Assembly: GCA_035626895.1 (NCBI GenBank)
Contig: DASPMU010000060.1
Location: forward strand, 1-60,860
From: Alphaproteobacteria bacterium
GTDB lineage: Archaea; Nanobdellota; Nanobdellia; Woesearchaeales; UBA9642
Direction of reading: 5' to 3'
DNA: 60,860 nucleotides
Position numbers and translations under genes: made by a program. The notes below the pieces were generated by a model. It was not told where the DNA came from. It did not search any database and saw nothing but the letters and a program-made list of their open reading frames with translations. Every line of letters begins with the position of its first letter. Position 1 is the first letter of the stretch. Of the stretch, positions 9,064 through 17,475 are shown in pieces.

Positions 9064-9938
9064 CCCTTGCTGTTTCCTGCCATCAAAACTTCTTTGTTTT
9101 TTGCAAAGAATTCAGCGACTAAAAAATCTTGGTAAGTATCAATATCTGAAGATAAAAACTCGCTCATTTCATATGCAACAGTCCTAGGAGGCTCAAATGT
9201 ATTCTCTTCATAGAACACATTTGTCTTGATCAAGTATATCGCGCCATTTAGAAGATAAGTCTTCGGGACATTTCCTAAAGTTCTCATGTATTTTCTTCCT
9301 CCAGGCGTGAAATAATTATGATAGAATCCAAAATCATCAATTGTGTTTGTATAATGAGGATCAAGCTTTGTCTGGACGACAGATACGCATGCATTTGCAT
9401 TCCTTGAAAACATTAATTCGCATGCATTGTCAATATCAGTGCTAGTTCTTAGAGGAGATGTTGCCTGTAAAAAACATATATAATCAGGATCATATCCATG
9501 CTCTTTGCTCATGAATTCTACAGCATGCTTTATTGTATCGACGCTTGTTGCAGTGTCAGTTGCAAGTTCAGCAGGTCTTTTGAAAGGAACTTCAGCGCCG
9601 TATCTTCTTGATACTTCTGCGATTTTATCGTCGTCAGTTGACACGATGACTCGGTCAATATATTTAGAATTTTTTGCGGCTTCAATAGTCCATGCAATCA
9701 TTGGCTTTCCATGAAACATCATGATGTTTTTCCCCGGCAATCTTTTCGATCCGCCTCGCGCAGGAATTATTGCAAGTATTTTTTTGCTTGCACTTAGCGG
9801 AAAATTCCCTGAAATCTCAGAAGAGCCTGCTGCTGGAGCAATTTTTTCTATTGCATCGTTGATTTCAACATAAGCAGATGCAGCCTTAGCTGCAATATTT
9901 TCAGAATTATTTGCCAGTTTATCGACCATATTAACCAT
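9060..9938 (-). CDS. CMP-nonulosonic acid synthetase (NeuA/LegF/PseF-type cytidylyltransferase) with ~60-aa N-terminal extension
   Basis: ILAIIPARGGSKRLPGKNI...IDRVIVSTDDDKIAEV...PFKRPAELATDTA matches acylneuraminate cytidylyltransferase signatures. The start codon choice is uncertain. Confidence 0.75.
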   Translation of the reverse strand: MVNMVDKLANNSENIAAKAASAYVEINDAIEKIAPAAGSSEISGNFPLSASKKILAIIPARGGSKRLPGKNIMMFHGKPMIAWTIEAAKNSKYIDRVIVSTDDDKIAEVSRRYGAEVPFKRPAELATDTATSVDTIKHAVEFMSKEHGYDPDYICFLQATSPLRTSTDIDNACELMFSRNANACVSVVQTKLDPHYTNTIDDFGFYHNYFTPGGRKYMRTLGNVPKTYLLNGAIYLIKTNVFYEENTFEPPRTVAYEMSEFLSSDIDTYQDFLVAEFFAKNKEVLMAGNSKG

Positions 9939-10032
9939 CTTTGTAGATTAAAATATCGTTTTATAAATCTTGTTAAAGAGTAGTCATTTTGTCCTCGATG
10001 ACTAGTAAAATTATCGTCTAAGAAATTTTGCA

Positions 10033-10800
10033 TTAAAATAGTCCCCTAATTGGGACGAAATTCTTTATTTTTTCTTTGATTTCAGAAACAGTAAGCGTTT
10101 TGTAATGAAGAACTGATGCAAGCGATACTGCGTCGACGCCTTTCTTGAATGCTTCCTCTATATGAGCAAGATTTCCTGCCCCGCCGCTTATTATCAAAGG
10201 AATTGTGCAAACTTTTGAAGCCTCGTCAATTAGTTCAGAGTCAAATCCTTTCTTCACGCCTTCGCAATCAATTGATGTCAATAAAATTTCTCCAGCGCCA
10301 AGCTTTATTGCTTCTTTTATCCATTCAATGACATCTTTGTGAGTTCTCTCCCTTCCGTTTTCAGTGTATGCTTCCCATTTTACAATGCCATGCTCTTCCC
10401 TGCGTTTTGCCTCGATTGACACGACGATGCACTGGCTTCCGAATCTTTCTGCAGCCTTTGTTATTATTTGCGGATTATTTATTGCCGCGGTATTGATTGC
10501 AACCTTATCAGCGCCGCATTTCAAAAGATCATTGATATCTTCAAGCGTTCGGATTCCGCCGCCGACAGTTATCGGGATGAAAATATCTTTAGTAGTCTTC
10601 TTTACGATTTCAACCAAGTTATCTCGCCCGTAAAGGCTTGCAACAGTATCGATATAGATTATTTCATCCGCGCCCTGCTCTTCGTATCTTTTTGCAAGTT
10701 CGTAGGGATTTCCAATTATCCTAAGTCCTTCAAGGTGAACGCCTTTGACGACGTTTGGGCCTTTTACATCAAGTCTTGCTATTATTCTTTTGCAGTGCAT
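10033..10800 (-). CDS. HisF-like cyclase subunit (WbuZ/AglZ-type, acetamidino-sugar formation)
   Basis: RIIARLDVKGPNVVKGV, GADKVAINTAA, GAGEILLTSIDCEGVKKGFD and PLIISGGAG give a HisF TIM-barrel. It is clustered with a HisH-like gene and a PP-loop amidotransferase rather than with his genes. Confidence 0.75.
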   Translation of the reverse strand: MHCKRIIARLDVKGPNVVKGVHLEGLRIIGNPYELAKRYEEQGADEIIYIDTVASLYGRDNLVEIVKKTTKDIFIPITVGGGIRTLEDINDLLKCGADKVAINTAAINNPQIITKAAERFGSQCIVVSIEAKRREEHGIVKWEAYTENGRERTHKDVIEWIKEAIKLGAGEILLTSIDCEGVKKGFDSELIDEASKVCTIPLIISGGAGNLAHIEEAFKKGVDAVSLASVLHYKTLTVSEIKEKIKNFVPIRGLF

Positions 10801-10846
10801 TTTGTTTGATATATCAACTGTTATTATTTGTATCTATTGTTATCAT

Positions 10847-12058
10847 CTACTGAACCTTATGCTTTAATACCCACTCGCCATCTTTCTTTTCCCAAAGATG
10901 AGGAGATCTCCAGCTATCAAGGCATTCATGGACTCTTGCTTCAGTAAGGCCAGTATATTCAAGGAAAGTCTTGTAGTGTTTTTTCGGGAATTCGCCATCA
11001 AATTTATTGACCAGTTTCACTCCTTCGTCCCGAGTTATGTGTCCATCCCTGATTTCGTGAGCGGCATCAGATGTTGCTCTTCCGATCCCGAATTTGATGT
11101 ATGAAAGATAATAATGAAATCCATCTATTTCATCATCAAGGCTTGCATATTTAGAATATGTTCCTTCACTTCTTCCGTCAGGATTTGCCTCAAAATTAGT
11201 ATGCTCGACTGCATAATAATAGTTCTCCTGAGGAACCCACTTCATGTAATATCCAAGGAAATGGCATTGTATTCCTACTTTTTTCATCTCTTCAACTGGC
11301 GGGGCCGTGTAGTAATGCAAGTCTTCATCCGTGAAGCCATACTCTTTCCAATAATGAACATCAATTCCGCTGAAATAATGTTTTGTCAGGTCGTCTTCAA
11401 CATTGTGAGATGGCTTGTCTTCGTTCTTTGAATCCCCGCCATACTCAACCTCGCCGTTTTCTCCGTACATGATTAACGGGATGTTGAATTTTGTTGCAAT
11501 CCTCATAGGAAAAGTTTTCTGGCCGTAGATGAACGGCTGGAATGGATCTCCTAGTATCTCAAATGCAAGCCTCGTTAATTTTCTATGAACTGCCCCGTTT
11601 GGAGTTCCCATGATATTATCAAATCCGCTGTGGATAAATCTTTGGAAATTTCTCCAGCCGATGTCAGAATATTTGTGAGGCGCCCATGTAACAGTTAGTG
11701 GATGCATGCCGTATTTAGTCTTTAGAATATGAGCTGTGATTGCGCTATCTTTTCCGCCGCTGCATGGGATTATTACGTCCCATGATCCGTCTTTGCTTCT
11801 ATGCTTGTCGCATAATGCCTGCAGTTCTTTTTCTCTTGCTTCCCAGTCAATTTTGTTTGCTTTCTTTTCAGCATACCTGCATGCGCTGCATATGCCTTCA
11901 GCATCGAATCTTATTCTCGGTCTTTGGTTTGAAATGACGCATTTCTTGCAGTACTTAACTTCAGTTGGCAAATTGTATTTCTTAACAACGTCTTTGTGTT
12001 CTATCACGACATCTTTTGTAAAATCAAATTCTATTTTTGGTAACTTAAAATCAGCCAT
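10847..12058 (-). CDS. N-acetyl-sugar amidotransferase (WbuX/PseA/AglX-type PP-loop enzyme)
   Basis: Cys-rich N-terminus CKKCVISNQRPRIRFDAEGICSAC and PP-loop IIPCSGGKDSA. Flanked by the HisF-like and HisH-like genes. Confidence 0.7.
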   Translation of the reverse strand: MADFKLPKIEFDFTKDVVIEHKDVVKKYNLPTEVKYCKKCVISNQRPRIRFDAEGICSACRYAEKKANKIDWEAREKELQALCDKHRSKDGSWDVIIPCSGGKDSAITAHILKTKYGMHPLTVTWAPHKYSDIGWRNFQRFIHSGFDNIMGTPNGAVHRKLTRLAFEILGDPFQPFIYGQKTFPMRIATKFNIPLIMYGENGEVEYGGDSKNEDKPSHNVEDDLTKHYFSGIDVHYWKEYGFTDEDLHYYTAPPVEEMKKVGIQCHFLGYYMKWVPQENYYYAVEHTNFEANPDGRSEGTYSKYASLDDEIDGFHYYLSYIKFGIGRATSDAAHEIRDGHITRDEGVKLVNKFDGEFPKKHYKTFLEYTGLTEARVHECLDSWRSPHLWEKKDGEWVLKHKVQ

Positions 12059-12130
12059 TTTATCAATCCTCGACTATTCAAAATTTTTTAATCAAATTTT
12101 ATTTTTAATATTTTTTCTTAATATATTATT

Positions 12131-12754
12131 TTAATTTTTATTTGTCAATTCATCATTGATCCATCTTCGGTAAAATTCTATTCCCCATTTCCCGCTTCTT
12201 TCAGGATGGAACTGGACTCCTATGACATTATCTTTTGCAACCCCGCTGCAGAAAGTTTCTCCATAATCAGATTCGAATAAAATTACGCTTTTATCTTCGG
12301 GCTTTGGATAGAATGAATGGACGAAATACGCGTAGCCATTGTTGAATTTGTCTTGATCATGATCTTGTGAAATTAGCTTCGGATTTTTTACATTATTCCA
12401 TCCAACATGAGGAACTTTTCCCCACTTGAATTTCACAACCTGTCCCTTGAACAATCCAAGGCCTTTTGCTCCAGGGCTTTCTTCGCTTGAATCAAACATT
12501 GCCTGAAATCCTAAACATACTCCAAGAAAAGGTTTGTTGTTATTGTATACTTGATTGTGTATTTCCTTGTCAAGGCCTTTTTCAGAAAGATTTTTCATCA
12601 TGTAGCCAAAAGCTCCAACGCCAGGCAAGACAATCCTATCAGCTTTTTTCAAATCCTCAGGATCAGAAGTAACAATAACGTCCTGCTTTAAGTGCTCAAG
12701 AATGCTTCGTACATTATGAATATTTCCCGCGCCATAGTCGATTATTGCTATCAT
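12131..12754 (-). CDS. HisH-like class-I glutamine amidotransferase subunit (WbuY/AglY-type)
   Basis: IAIIDYGAGNIHNV, LPGVGAFG, the catalytic Cys context FLGVCLGFQAMF, and GVQFHPERSG. Confidence 0.8.
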   Translation of the reverse strand: MIAIIDYGAGNIHNVRSILEHLKQDVIVTSDPEDLKKADRIVLPGVGAFGYMMKNLSEKGLDKEIHNQVYNNNKPFLGVCLGFQAMFDSSEESPGAKGLGLFKGQVVKFKWGKVPHVGWNNVKNPKLISQDHDQDKFNNGYAYFVHSFYPKPEDKSVILFESDYGETFCSGVAKDNVIGVQFHPERSGKWGIEFYRRWINDELTNKN

Positions 12755-12823
12755 GATGTATCAGTCCAAAATATTATTTATATGCTTTCTGTATTTCAAA
12801 TCAATATGTTCAATTATGACAAA

Positions 12824-14782
12824 TTATAAAAGTTTCTCTATCTGTTTTGCAACCCTGCTGGCGGCCTTGCCGTCGTTGCCATAATGCAGCCTATTTACGA
12901 AATGCTTGATGTTTTCCTTCATGTGTTTTTCGTAAACAGGATTCTTCAATTTATGCAGCGCGTCTTTAACATCTGAACCATCCGCAACTTCAATTACAGC
13001 TCCAGTGTCCTTGAATTTAATTCCATCAGGTTCAATATCATTATAAATTATCATCAAGACTATTTTTCCAAAAAGCATTGCTTCAAAGCCAGCTGTTGTG
13101 TTAAACATCAATACATAATCGGAGAAATTCAGCAAGCTGTAAGTGTCTGCTGCAGGCTCAACTATTATCAAGTTCTTAGGCCTGTTTTTGAATGAATTCA
13201 GGACTAACTCCAAGCTCTCGTTAGGATGAGGCTTGTAGACGAATAAATATTCCGAATTTTTTCTTGCAACATCAAGATAAATATTGAAATGATCAAGCAT
13301 GTTTGATGAAACAATAAGTATTTTCTTTCTTGGATCATTGAAGAAAGAATATTTCTTGACGAATTTTTCTCGATCGTAATGAGCATTGAAGATCCAATCA
13401 AATTTAGGACTGCCTGTGACCTTAACAACGTTTTCAGGATACGCGCAATATTTTACGAGAACATCTTTTGAATACTCGCTCCATTGGCAGCTGACATCCG
13501 GAAGAGGCCTCCAGGCTGGAGAATTTCTATCCATCGCAATCTTATTTTTGGTTGAAGTATGAAGGCATCCAGGATATATCTGTTCGTGCGAGAGGGCGAC
13601 AACACTTCGTTTTTTTCTCTTTGCGTTTGCATTCTTTTCAAGATTGTTGTGTATCATGAACGCTTTTCCAAGAGTGTTTTCTGCATGATCTATTACTATT
13701 GCCTTGTAATTTTCTTTTTCGTTTATTCTTGCAGCAATATTTTTCATGTCGCATGAAAGATAAGATAATGCATTGAATAATAGTTCAAGCCTTGGCCTGA
13801 TTAATTCATAATAATTATATCCATTGTACTTGAAACTTGCCTGGAATTTCGTCGTGTTTTTAAGTTCATTCCACCTGTTTTTTAGTTTCTTGAAGTCTTT
13901 GTCATTATTTCTAAAGTGTGTGTAAGTATAATAATCTCCTATATAAGATCCTTTCATGAATGCATATTTCTTTAGCAGCTTGATATTTTTTGATTGTATT
14001 GCTTCTTCGTAGAATAAAGTCTTGCTTGTTGTTTTCTTTTTCAGGTTTTTCATGACAGACCCAAACATCAGATTATCATCGAAATTCTTTCTCAAAAACC
14101 TTATATTTGCAAGGAAAAGTACATCTTCTTTAGAATCAGAGTTAGATTTCCCTAAAATTCTCCTGACAAGACCTAATGCATGCCTCAGGCCAAGCCTGCC
14201 TCTAAGAAGCAAATACATAGGAAAAGAATTTTCGTATATGAAACTTAATTTTTTGCTCAATGTCTTATTTTTTATAACGTGAAGCTTGAAGCCTTTCTCT
14301 TTTGCAATTATCTCTGCGCATTTGACAAAGGTATTCTCATAGAAATCCTCGACTTCAAGCGTCAATGTCTGGCCTTTTTTCAAATTCAGCGAATCAAGTA
14401 TTTCGATATAATTGTAAATTATCAAAGTCCCGGGAGATTTCTGGAAAAAATAATCATGCTGATAGAGTATCGGCATCAAAAGATCAGAATAATTGTATCC
14501 ATCGATTATGAAATTTTTTCTCATTGCATGAAGCAAATTACTATGCTGCAAGAGCATATCTGTTATATTAGAATAATAGCCATTGAACCAATGTATTTTT
14601 TTTGCGCTTACACTATCTTTGCCTTCGCGGCTATCTTTGCTTGGCTTTATCGTTATAGATTGATCCTTAAAATCCAGTTTTACATACATAAAATCACGCT
14701 TCATTCCAAAAGCAAGGATCGCTTTAAAAATATTAAGGATTATACGTCTAGAAGAAGAGAAAAACAATAAACTCCGTTTCAA
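12824..14782 (-). CDS. Large protein with a TagF/KpsS/polysialyltransferase-like GT-B C-terminal half; candidate nonulosonate (or other acidic sugar) transferase
   Basis: C-terminal region VKVTGSPKFDWIF...KILIVSSNM...LFVYKPHPNE...MFNTTAGFEAMLFGKIVL resembles the HP-motif GT-B transferases. I could not match the N-terminal ~380 aa to any family. The listed start is TTG; an in-frame ATG (MKRDFMYVKL) lies at 14704. Confidence 0.35.
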   Translation of the reverse strand: MKRSLLFFSSSRRIILNIFKAILAFGMKRDFMYVKLDFKDQSITIKPSKDSREGKDSVSAKKIHWFNGYYSNITDMLLQHSNLLHAMRKNFIIDGYNYSDLLMPILYQHDYFFQKSPGTLIIYNYIEILDSLNLKKGQTLTLEVEDFYENTFVKCAEIIAKEKGFKLHVIKNKTLSKKLSFIYENSFPMYLLLRGRLGLRHALGLVRRILGKSNSDSKEDVLFLANIRFLRKNFDDNLMFGSVMKNLKKKTTSKTLFYEEAIQSKNIKLLKKYAFMKGSYIGDYYTYTHFRNNDKDFKKLKNRWNELKNTTKFQASFKYNGYNYYELIRPRLELLFNALSYLSCDMKNIAARINEKENYKAIVIDHAENTLGKAFMIHNNLEKNANAKRKKRSVVALSHEQIYPGCLHTSTKNKIAMDRNSPAWRPLPDVSCQWSEYSKDVLVKYCAYPENVVKVTGSPKFDWIFNAHYDREKFVKKYSFFNDPRKKILIVSSNMLDHFNIYLDVARKNSEYLFVYKPHPNESLELVLNSFKNRPKNLIIVEPAADTYSLLNFSDYVLMFNTTAGFEAMLFGKIVLMIIYNDIEPDGIKFKDTGAVIEVADGSDVKDALHKLKNPVYEKHMKENIKHFVNRLHYGNDGKAASRVAKQIEKLL

Positions 14783-14801
14783 CTAACCCCCTCCTACGGC
14801 C

Positions 14802-14890
14802 TTGTCACCTGGCGAGCCCTCATTGACATCTCCTTTGCGTCTAGACTCGTAGGCGGCAAACGATTAAAGAAGCGATGCGAGCGCTGGCAA
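14802..14890 (+). repeat. Copy 3 of the ~95-nt structured repeat (antisense to both flanking genes)
   Basis: Core 14832-14871 CCTTTGCGTCTAGACTCGTAGGCGGCAAACGATTAAAGAA is identical at 39 of 40 positions to copy 4. The termini TTGTCACC / GCTGGCAA pair as RNA with one G-U and one mismatch. Confidence 0.75.
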
Positions 14891-14895
14891 TGCCA

Positions 14896-14921
14896 TCTCG
14901 AGAAAACGAGAGAGTATTTTT
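14896..14921 (+). terminator. Small hairpin plus T-run directly after repeat copy 3
   Basis: TCTCG-AGAAAA-CGAGA (14896-14911) followed by GAGTATTTTT. No + strand CDS lies upstream, only the repeat element. Confidence 0.3.
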
Positions 14922-14951
14922 AGCTAAGAAATCAAATATAGACTAGCCGTC

Positions 14952-17345
14952 TTACTTGTAAAGAACTTTATACAGGGAATAATCTCCATTGTCCCAGACT
15001 TTCTTGAAGTATTCTTCGTTGTTGATATTCTTTGTGATGATGGATTCTGAGTATAGGTCGTTTCTTCCAAATACATTTTCTTCCCAGCCAGGATTCTTAT
15101 ACAGGATGAATTCTATTCCTAAGTTTTCGAGAACAATCATAGAATAATCCAAGTCTGAATCATATGTTGAAGCAAGCTTTGACGAGTCTATTAAAACATA
15201 GTCTCTTTCTGAATAGTAAGATACGCCGCCGTATTGCAATGTAACGGTGTCAGCAGGAGTCCCATCTCTTATTATTAGCTGAGCTTCATATCCTTTGCCG
15301 AAATTCATCAAAAGAACAGAACTATCGTCCGGATTGAACCTGAAAATATTATCATCGTATATTTCTTTGTTATCAAGATATTTTGAATATAGTATCTGGC
15401 CTGTTGCTTCGTCAGTTAGGCCATAATTTATCACAGCAAGACCCCAAAGCGAAGGAATTGCAAGTATTACAAGCAAAATTGCAGACCATGCTCTTCGAGC
15501 TGTCTTTGAATTTAATTTTACAAATTTGTTTACAAGAACCCATACCAAAAGAGCAACAATTGCCGTCAATAGGCTAATCATTATTATAATATCTATTCCG
15601 GAAATAAATCTTGCTGAAAGAGGACCAAGAAGTCCTATAAAGAAATTTGAATAATACAGCATCAATAGATAGCCGACCAAGCTTAATGAAATTAATCCAA
15701 GAGACCAGTACAATATTTTCTTCTCAAGCCTTGAAACCCTGAATTTTAGGAAATCATCAAACTTCGACGCTACAACGACGCAAAGTATTGCTGCTCCGAT
15801 CATGAAATATCGATATTTTACAAGTATTGTATAAACAAAGAAAATAGTGTAAATTCCAAGGAAATAAAGCAGGTATCTCTGCTGCTCATTCATTTTTCTG
15901 AAATTGATTATTGCAATTAAAAGCAGTACTGCAAAAAGAACTGACATTGAATAATCCTTATCTCTGGCGTAATTTGTTATGCTAAAAGCCGTGTATGCAG
16001 GAGAATAGAATAGATTCAGCCTGTCATGCGCTTCTGCAAGCGGCTCGAAGAGGAAAGGATGGAAATTCTTTCCTGCAAAAATTTCAGTTGATGAAAGATA
16101 AGGATATACTGGATCGTTGAAGTACACATAGTTTCTCAGGAAATACGGCGCAATTACTATAAGCAATACGACTAGCGAAAGCAATAGAAGCTTGAATTTC
16201 TTGCTTGTGAATATTTTCTTGATATCGCGTCCAAAGTTTCCAAACCTGTCCTTGAATATCCCTATTAATTCTTTCTTGAATAATATTAATACAAATGGAA
16301 TGAAAACGCTTGCAAACAATATGACGCCAAGATGCTTTGCATTGACTGCAAACCCAAGTATTGCAAATGATAATAGCATATATCTGCCATTAGTCTTTCT
16401 GTCCGGAACTTCGGAGTTTTCCTTGAAATATTTCATGAGGAAATATATTCCTAGTATCCCAAAGAAAGTGAAGATTGTGTCATTGTTCAGATAGACATTA
16501 TGATTTGCAAACATCGGAAATGTCATCAATAAGAAAGTTGCAAGAAGAGCTTTTCTCTTGCCGTCCAAGAGAGGGCTGTCCTTGAATACAATGTTTTTTG
16601 CGAGAAGATAGACAACAATCAAAGTCAAAAATCCAAATAGGAGCGGCATTAGCTTTATGAAAACTTCGCTGTACTCAGCATCAAGTATTGATGGCCAGGC
16701 TCCAAGGATAAAGAATGTCGGAGGATATGCTCTTGTGAATTCGATGGTGTTAGATCCGACGTCATGCGACAGGCCGCCATCATTGTATAAATCACGAATT
16801 ATAGGAGCGTGATATCCTATCCCATCTCCATTTATTATAGGGAAGAAAAGTGATTTGTAAATTATTAAGATAAACATCAATGCAATCAGGATCTTGATCG
16901 TCCTATTCTCGGAAATCAGATCCTTGAATTTTTCCTTGAGTACTTTCCTTGAGAAATTTCTTGACAAGAATGCCTTAAATGATCTCATGTGATGGAAATC
17001 TTCATCGAAATGAAGGACAAATATCCCGATTAAAAACATCAAAAGAGAATATGCAAAAGCAATCGTGGAATTAAATCCTACGCCTGCTGCTGAAAATATG
17101 AATTGATCGACTATAAAAAATATCAAACTGAAAGTTCCGACTCCTACGGCGACTGATGAAACAAAGTATTCTTTATTGCTTATTCTATCTTGCTGCGAGT
17201 TCTTGAAGAATGATTTAACTATAGCGTAGCCAAATATAAGTATGGCAAGCAAACCAAATAATGCTAATATCAACATTCTCTTAGGCAAACACATAGCAAT
17301 AAAAAGTTTATTAAAATTAAGATAAAATTCAGATGATTTCTGCAC
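14952..17345 (-). CDS. Polytopic GT-C-like glycosyltransferase (ArnT/PMT-type) with soluble C-terminal domain
   Basis: 797 aa. Hydrophobic helices run through most of the first ~650 aa, with an early loop FPIINGDGIGYHAPIIRDLYNDGG. The last ~150 aa are hydrophilic. Several in-frame Met are available near the start (M18, M24). Confidence 0.5.
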   Translation of the reverse strand: MQKSSEFYLNFNKLFIAMCLPKRMLILALFGLLAILIFGYAIVKSFFKNSQQDRISNKEYFVSSVAVGVGTFSLIFFIVDQFIFSAAGVGFNSTIAFAYSLLMFLIGIFVLHFDEDFHHMRSFKAFLSRNFSRKVLKEKFKDLISENRTIKILIALMFILIIYKSLFFPIINGDGIGYHAPIIRDLYNDGGLSHDVGSNTIEFTRAYPPTFFILGAWPSILDAEYSEVFIKLMPLLFGFLTLIVVYLLAKNIVFKDSPLLDGKRKALLATFLLMTFPMFANHNVYLNNDTIFTFFGILGIYFLMKYFKENSEVPDRKTNGRYMLLSFAILGFAVNAKHLGVILFASVFIPFVLILFKKELIGIFKDRFGNFGRDIKKIFTSKKFKLLLLSLVVLLIVIAPYFLRNYVYFNDPVYPYLSSTEIFAGKNFHPFLFEPLAEAHDRLNLFYSPAYTAFSITNYARDKDYSMSVLFAVLLLIAIINFRKMNEQQRYLLYFLGIYTIFFVYTILVKYRYFMIGAAILCVVVASKFDDFLKFRVSRLEKKILYWSLGLISLSLVGYLLMLYYSNFFIGLLGPLSARFISGIDIIIMISLLTAIVALLVWVLVNKFVKLNSKTARRAWSAILLVILAIPSLWGLAVINYGLTDEATGQILYSKYLDNKEIYDDNIFRFNPDDSSVLLMNFGKGYEAQLIIRDGTPADTVTLQYGGVSYYSERDYVLIDSSKLASTYDSDLDYSMIVLENLGIEFILYKNPGWEENVFGRNDLYSESIITKNINNEEYFKKVWDNGDYSLYKVLYK

Positions 17346-17427
17346 TTTTGACTAAATCCTAAAATACTCTAATTTCGTCACCACTCGAGGATAAATTGAT
17401 TAACATTCAGTATTTTAAGTAGGCAAA

Positions 17428-17437
17428 ATTTATAAAT
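17428..17437 (+). promoter_or_regulatory. TATA-like box ATTTATAAAT in a divergent spacer
   Basis: Palindromic 10-mer preceded by CAAA, about 40 nt upstream of the GTG start at 17476. Confidence 0.4.
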
Positions 17438-17475
17438 GATTATTCAACAATTTCAATATTAAACATGAGCACAAG

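Noticed and set aside
10033-12754. HisF and HisH homologues as histidine biosynthesis genes
   Set aside because: No other his genes are nearby. The two genes flank a WbuX/PseA-type PP-loop amidotransferase, the established three-gene arrangement for acetamidino-sugar formation.
14744-14754. Extra ACGTCTAGAAG motif resembling the repeat core about 50 nt left of copy 3
   Set aside because: Only the 8-mer CGTCTAGA matches. A single short match can arise by chance in 2 x 60 kb, and it lies inside the possible 5' coding end of 12824..14782.
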